From IMG/VR virus record IMGVR_UViG_3300045988_028447, positions 1-17,756 of that record: DNA of 17,756 bases; one strand, written 5' to 3'. Position 1 is the stretch's first letter. The number at the start of each line of letters is the position of its first letter. Below, one piece after another: positions 14,438-17,756 of this stretch. A program made the translations under genes and the position numbers. The notes beneath the pieces are model-generated. The model was not told the DNA's origin. It searched no databases and saw only the letters and a list, made by a program, of their open reading frames with translations. The DNA comes from a virus.

Positions 14438-15382
14438 TTAATGTCGCGCTGCGCTGGCCATCCATTCGTCGATTCGCGTTTCCACATTACCCGCGTCCGC
14501 TTTGGTCTCCCATTTATGCGCCTTATCATTATACCATGTCGCCTCACGCGCTACGGCGCTAAAATTCGTGTTGTTCATCAGCCAGCGTTTTTGACGGTCG
14601 GACAAAGACGCGAATTTTTGCGCGACACTGGAATCGAACGCCTCCAACCGCTGCTCGACCCCACCAAAATCCATAACCCCCTCGCTCTCAGGAATCCGCC
14701 TGGTTCCCGCACGTAACGGCGCGCGTCCCACAAGCCCGGCATACTCCAAAATCTCCCGTTTGAGTTGCCCACGATTTCCATCTCGAATCATCATGCGCGC
14801 ATGGCTAATACCACGTTCCGTACCGAACACGTTCACCCGGCTCCGCGTAAGATCATCACGCGCCGAACCGCCAACCGTATGAGTACCTAACACGTCAAAC
14901 GGAGATTCGCCCGCACGTTCCATCTCACGCACTTCACCCACGGTATAAGAAGCCATGTTCAACGCATTGAACTGCTGGGCACGCTTGATCTTCTGGCGAG
15001 CCTCAATCCGACGACGCTGCTGCTGACGCAACGTCTTCCGCCGTTTCGGCGGGGCATCGGCAATCTCCGCGTCGGATATCAACGGTCGAGCCGCCATTTC
15101 CCTATCAAGTTTCGTAATCCGCACATCAGGCACAACCTGATACGGTTCATCATCCCGCGCCCTTAAGGCTTGCTGTTGCTCTCCGAACTCCTGTCCAACA
15201 CGTCGCGCAACCTGTTCAAGCTGCCGGGCACTGAGCTTTCCCAAAAACGTTTCCGTAATTTGCTTAGGGAGACGTCCAGTACTATAATCCCTTACCGCCT
15301 GTTCCTGACGTACCTGAGCTGACCTGATTGCAGCATTGCGTTTCAGATTATTGGCACGTCGATTAGTTTTACGTTTTGCCAC
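14438..15382 (-). CDS. Terminal protein (candidate, by position and composition)
   Basis: It lies immediately upstream of pol, as phi29 gene 3 precedes gene 2. The N-terminus is strongly basic (MAKRKTNRRANNLKRNAAIR). A GTG start at 15382 has AAGGAGAGG upstream. The ITRs imply a terminal protein must exist. No motif-level proof was found. Confidence 0.5.
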   Translation of the reverse strand: MAKRKTNRRANNLKRNAAIRSAQVRQEQAVRDYSTGRLPKQITETFLGKLSARQLEQVARRVGQEFGEQQQALRARDDEPYQVVPDVRITKLDREMAARPLISDAEIADAPPKRRKTLRQQQRRRIEARQKIKRAQQFNALNMASYTVGEVREMERAGESPFDVLGTHTVGGSARDDLTRSRVNVFGTERGISHARMMIRDGNRGQLKREILEYAGLVGRAPLRAGTRRIPESEGVMDFGGVEQRLEAFDSSVAQKFASLSDRQKRWLMNNTNFSAVAREATWYNDKAHKWETKADAGNVETRIDEWMASAARH

Positions 15383-15405
15383 AGCCTCTCCTTATGAGTG
15401 TAAAA

Positions 15406-15446
15406 CACCCCCCCCGCCGCAAGGATGGAAAACGACGGGGGGGGTG
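15406..15446 (-). promoter_or_regulatory. C8/G8 homopolymer-stem hairpin in the SSB-TP spacer (possible attenuator/terminator or 5'-UTR structure)
   Basis: The C-run 15408-15415 pairs with the G-run 15437-15444. The stem is extended by ca/tg and by gccg/cgac (one mismatch). The loop is 13 nt. On minus-strand RNA it is followed by UGUUUUAC and then the TP RBS. Confidence 0.5.
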
Positions 15447-15509
15447 AGTCTGGCGGCAACATCCCCTATAGGGACGTTACCATATTATCGAATGGCGTGG
15501 ACATTTACG

Positions 15510-15947
15510 TTACTTATTCTCGCTCTTGGACACCAATTCAAGGTCGAAGAACTTATAGCCACGGCGGCTCTTCTTCTCCACCACTTTAAGAACGAGAGGC
15601 GCAGTCCACGTGTCCGGCGTGCCGAAAATGGCGAACAGATTGCCGAACGAGTGCGCCAGCGCAGGAGAAGCGGCAGCAAAGTCGCCTTCCTCCGCATGAA
15701 TGACGACGCGGGTAGAAGGATTGATTTCACCAGTCTCCTGATTGGCGACCTCGATAGCCTGAGCCAACACGTTGGTAACATGCAGTGGCTCATTGAGATG
15801 TTCATCCACCTTACCGGAGGTTTGCATGGCGCTATATAGCGCCATCTTACCATCCATGGTAGCGGTGTCGAAGAAGTGGGATACGGCGTTAGCGCCGTTC
15901 GCAGAAAAGTTGCTACCGTTCACTACGGTCAGTTCGTTGTCAGCCAT
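15510..15947 (-). CDS. Single-stranded DNA-binding protein (phi29 p5-like, candidate)
   Basis: It occupies the gene-5 position of phi29. By eye, the C-terminus LVLKVVEKKSRRGYKFFDLELV resembles my recollection of the phi29 p5 C-terminus (KVKVVQGTSSKGNVFFSLQL), and VIHAEEGDFAAASPALAHSFGNL resembles IFAADGSLYSAISKTVAEAASDL. RBS is AGGAAAGG. Confidence 0.55.
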   Translation of the reverse strand: MADNELTVVNGSNFSANGANAVSHFFDTATMDGKMALYSAMQTSGKVDEHLNEPLHVTNVLAQAIEVANQETGEINPSTRVVIHAEEGDFAAASPALAHSFGNLFAIFGTPDTWTAPLVLKVVEKKSRRGYKFFDLELVSKSENK

Positions 15948-15980
15948 GATTATTGCCTTTCCTTATAAGGGGGTTATTAA

Positions 15981-16298
15981 TTATTTTTCCTCGGAGATAA
16001 CATCATCCTCAATCACGTTGCCGTCAACCGGCCCCGGATAGTCGACAATGATATCATCCCCAAACTCACAATTAGCCCAATAGATCGCCTCATCCATGCG
16101 CGTCTTCTGCGTATGATACTCAGCGGACATAGGCAGTATGTCCTTATTAATCTTACGGGCCTTCCTCATTGCCATGTCAGCCGTGCGGCACGCGCCATCT
16201 ACGACCACTTCGGCGTCAATAAGTTCACCATTTTCGCCGCGCATGACACCATGCACGACACTGTAATGCTTTGCTCTCTTAATGTATGCCATAATCAT
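15981..16298 (-). CDS. Small early protein with acidic C-tail (possible phi29 p6-like dsDNA-binding/origin-remodelling protein)
   Basis: The 105-aa size is close to p6 (about 104 aa). It sits directly upstream of the SSB-like gene, has the acidic tail VIEDDVISEEK, and shows a loose by-eye pattern match to p6. RBS is AAGG. Confidence 0.4.
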   Translation of the reverse strand: MIMAYIKRAKHYSVVHGVMRGENGELIDAEVVVDGACRTADMAMRKARKINKDILPMSAEYHTQKTRMDEAIYWANCEFGDDIIVDYPGPVDGNVIEDDVISEEK

Positions 16299-16304
16299 AC
16301 CGCC

Positions 16305-16823
16305 TTATTCTATTTGCTGCTGCTGCTGTGACATCCTTGCGATGTTTTCATCAGTATATCGAATATCCGTCAGATTGTCAAAACATCGACACGCGATTTT
16401 AATGATAGTCTGAGCGAATTCATTGTCATCCCAAACTTTGCACATTTCGTAGCATGTCGCCCCCTTGACATGACAGACAGCGCACCACGCCACCATCGCC
16501 GGAGCATAAATGACACCACCCAACATTTCAATACCCTGAGTTCGCGCCAACGCGCCGATACGCGATGTACGAGAAGACAGCGATAAGCAAACGTCCGCCG
16601 CATGTTCAATACCGTCAGCGAACGCCACCTGCGCCCCCTGAGGCTTATAAAAGCTCTTGAGCAGTGATATACTACGACATAATGTTTCCCAATCGCCTTC
16701 ACCTCGATTATATTCAGGCAAGTGCAGATTACGGCGACGCCCACGAATAACCCGACGCACACGGTCATCATCCAGCACGCCATCATCAAACCAGTTCGTA
16801 CGATCATTACGCTCACTTCTCAT
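16305..16823 (-). CDS. Hypothetical early protein (172 aa, Cys-rich centre, C-terminal QQQQQ)
   Basis: RBS AAGGGAGG...GGGAG lies upstream of the ATG at 16823. It overlaps the upstream gene stop by 11 nt and its composition looks protein-like. I recognise no family. Confidence 0.6.
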   Translation of the reverse strand: MRSERNDRTNWFDDGVLDDDRVRRVIRGRRRNLHLPEYNRGEGDWETLCRSISLLKSFYKPQGAQVAFADGIEHAADVCLSLSSRTSRIGALARTQGIEMLGGVIYAPAMVAWCAVCHVKGATCYEMCKVWDDNEFAQTIIKIACRCFDNLTDIRYTDENIARMSQQQQQIE

Positions 16824-17082
16824 AGCACTCCCAGCCTCCCTTAGGCTCCCGGCATGTGTAAATACCGACCTTACGATACATGACGTCGGCCTTGAACCTA
16901 TGGCCGTCGTTAATAGTCTTCGCGACAGCTTGCAATTCCCTTACATAATTCGATGCAGAGTATTCCTCCGAATAAATCGGAAACATGGAAGATTCCGAAG
17001 CAAGCGGCCTAATGCGCAAACAATACACCACTCGTTCCCCCTCATATTCAATCTTATCAAAATTCAGGTCGCTCGTTCCCAT
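16813..17082 (-). CDS. Hypothetical early protein (89 aa)
   Basis: ATG at 17082 has GAAGGA 7 nt upstream. The longer N-terminal extension to 17247 overlaps the better-looking upstream ORF in another frame and reads as hydrophobic junk. Confidence 0.55.
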   Translation of the reverse strand: MGTSDLNFDKIEYEGERVVYCLRIRPLASESSMFPIYSEEYSASNYVRELQAVAKTINDGHRFKADVMYRKVGIYTCREPKGGWECYEK

Positions 17083-17293
17083 AGTTATATCCTTCACGGT
17101 ATCCACGTCGATAATCACCCTCAAACATCCTATGAATGTCATAAGGCAGCGTTTCGCATTCGGCCCTACCCTCCGCGGCGTCCAGTACACCACGCTCATA
17201 GCCCCTAACGGCGGCGATATGAGCGCCCCGTTCAGACCACTGAGCAAACAGTGGCATACAAACTTCCGTAATACTGCTAGGCTCTGACATCAT
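17057..17293 (-). CDS. Hypothetical early protein (about 78 aa, charged, Tyr/Arg/Glu-rich C-terminus)
   Basis: AAGGGG RBS precedes GTG-ATG-ATG at 17296/17293/17290. The composition is balanced and charged. No family recognised. Confidence 0.5.
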   Translation of the reverse strand: MMSEPSSITEVCMPLFAQWSERGAHIAAVRGYERGVLDAAEGRAECETLPYDIHRMFEGDYRRGYREGYNYGNERPEF

Positions 17294-17356
17294 CACCCCT
17301 TACCATAGCATCCACAATACACAAACCAATCAAAACGCTACTCACGTTCCACCACC

Positions 17357-17596
17357 TCAATACTTACAACAGCAACGCTCAGCATCCTTAGCCGAACGCC
17401 CCATGAGGTAATGAATGAACCACATCATATTCAACATGGCAGAACGAGTCCCGCCAGTACGAGAATCATATGTTTCAGTAAAGCACTTGCAACCACACAA
17501 ACGACCATTAACGCGATAGTACAAGGTGATAACCTCATGACCATTATTCATTCTAGTATCGAATTTGATTGAGAGACCAGCCATCCCAATCACCAT
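17357..17596 (-). CDS. Hypothetical first early protein (about 79 aa, Cys clusters CGCKC and CCCKY)
   Basis: The track ORF runs into the ITR, where it encodes T-rich hydrophobic junk. A credible start is ATG 17596 (AAGGAA 10 nt upstream) or ATG 17584 (GAAAGGA upstream). Confidence 0.5.
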   Translation of the reverse strand: MVIGMAGLSIKFDTRMNNGHEVITLYYRVNGRLCGCKCFTETYDSRTGGTRSAMLNMMWFIHYLMGRSAKDAERCCCKY

Positions 17597-17625
17597 CCTT
17601 TCTGTATTCCTTAGCTGATACTTAT

Positions 17626-17634
17626 ATAATAGCA
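17626..17634 (-). promoter_or_regulatory. Candidate early promoter (extended -10) just inside the right ITR boundary
   Basis: The minus strand reads TGcTATTAT, with the same TGCTAT core as the 12964 promoter. It lies about 30 nt upstream of the first early RBS. No good -35 is present. Confidence 0.4.
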
Positions 17635-17637
17635 TAA

Positions 17638-17756
17638 CCAAAACACGACACGCTGGAACAACAAAAAACAATAAAAAAACCACGCACCCAAACCATGAAA
17701 CAAAACAACAACAAAAACCGGCAATAAAAAAAGACGAAAACAAACAGAAGACAGCA
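17638..17756. repeat. Right inverted terminal repeat (ITR-R)
   Basis: Exact reverse complement of positions 1-119. Confidence 0.97.

Larger units (their letters stand above)
1..17756. mobile_element. Apparently complete linear genome of a small phi29-like (protein-primed) podophage, given in reverse orientation
   Basis: Exact 119-bp inverted terminal repeats sit at both window ends. The window holds a full phi29-type gene set (PolB, terminal-protein candidate, SSB, scaffold, capsid, tail knob, connector, lower collar, fibre, tail lysin, gp16 ATPase, holin, endolysin). All genes are on one strand, and no flanking host genes are present. Confidence 0.85.

Noticed and set aside
16314-16328. A short CTG/CAG trinucleotide run encoding QQQQQ at the C-terminus of the 172-aa protein
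   Set aside because: It has only 4-5 units and lies within a CDS. It is too short to call a meaningful repeat or contingency locus.
16370-17247. Alternative-frame ORF 16370-16816, and the long form (to 17247) of ORF 16813-17082
   Set aside because: They overlap better-supported ORFs in another frame, lack RBSs, and have hydrophobic or Arg-rich junk composition.
1-17756. Search for tRNAs, CRISPR arrays, integrase/repressor genes, toxin-antitoxin pairs or defence islands
   Set aside because: I found no cloverleaf-like segments, no spaced direct-repeat arrays, and no recombinase or HTH-repressor-like ORFs. The genome is fully accounted for by the phage modules, apart from the regions flagged in the findings.

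Overview
The window appears to be one complete 17,756-bp linear dsDNA genome of a small phi29-like, protein-primed podophage, shown as the reverse complement of the usual map. The first 119 nt are an exact inverted repeat of the last 119 nt. All credible genes (about 20) lie on the minus strand and are tightly packed, with several stop/start overlaps. In transcription order (high to low coordinates) there are three blocks. (1) Early block: four small ORFans, then a syntenic replication cassette of p6-like DNA-binding protein, p5-like SSB, candidate terminal protein and a family-B DNA polymerase carrying DVNSLYPS / KLLLNSLVGKFG / YADTDG motifs. (2) A 183-nt spacer with no credible ORF, carrying an extended -10 promoter, nested RNA helices and a strong intrinsic terminator. 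(3) Late block: acidic scaffold, major capsid with C-terminal Ig-like domain(s), gp9-like tail knob, gp10-like connector, gp11-like lower collar, a short coiled-coil fibre-like protein, a poorly coding stretch, an SGNH-esterase tail fibre, a CHAP plus gp13-type lysozyme tail lysin, a gp16-like packaging ATPase, holin, amidase endolysin and a terminal terminator. I saw no integrase, repressor, tRNA or CRISPR array, so the phage is probably strictly lytic on a Gram-positive host. That host inference rests on strong AGGAGG-type RBSs, TGnTATAAT promoters and the CHAP/amidase_2/holin_4 lysis set. The items most worth follow-up are: the self-contained promoter-to-terminator structured RNA between pol and scaffold (candidate packaging RNA or late-operon attenuator); the unusually compact polymerase; the decayed or fragmented region between two fibre genes; and the esterase-bearing fibre. 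All homology statements come from by-eye motif recognition, not database searches.
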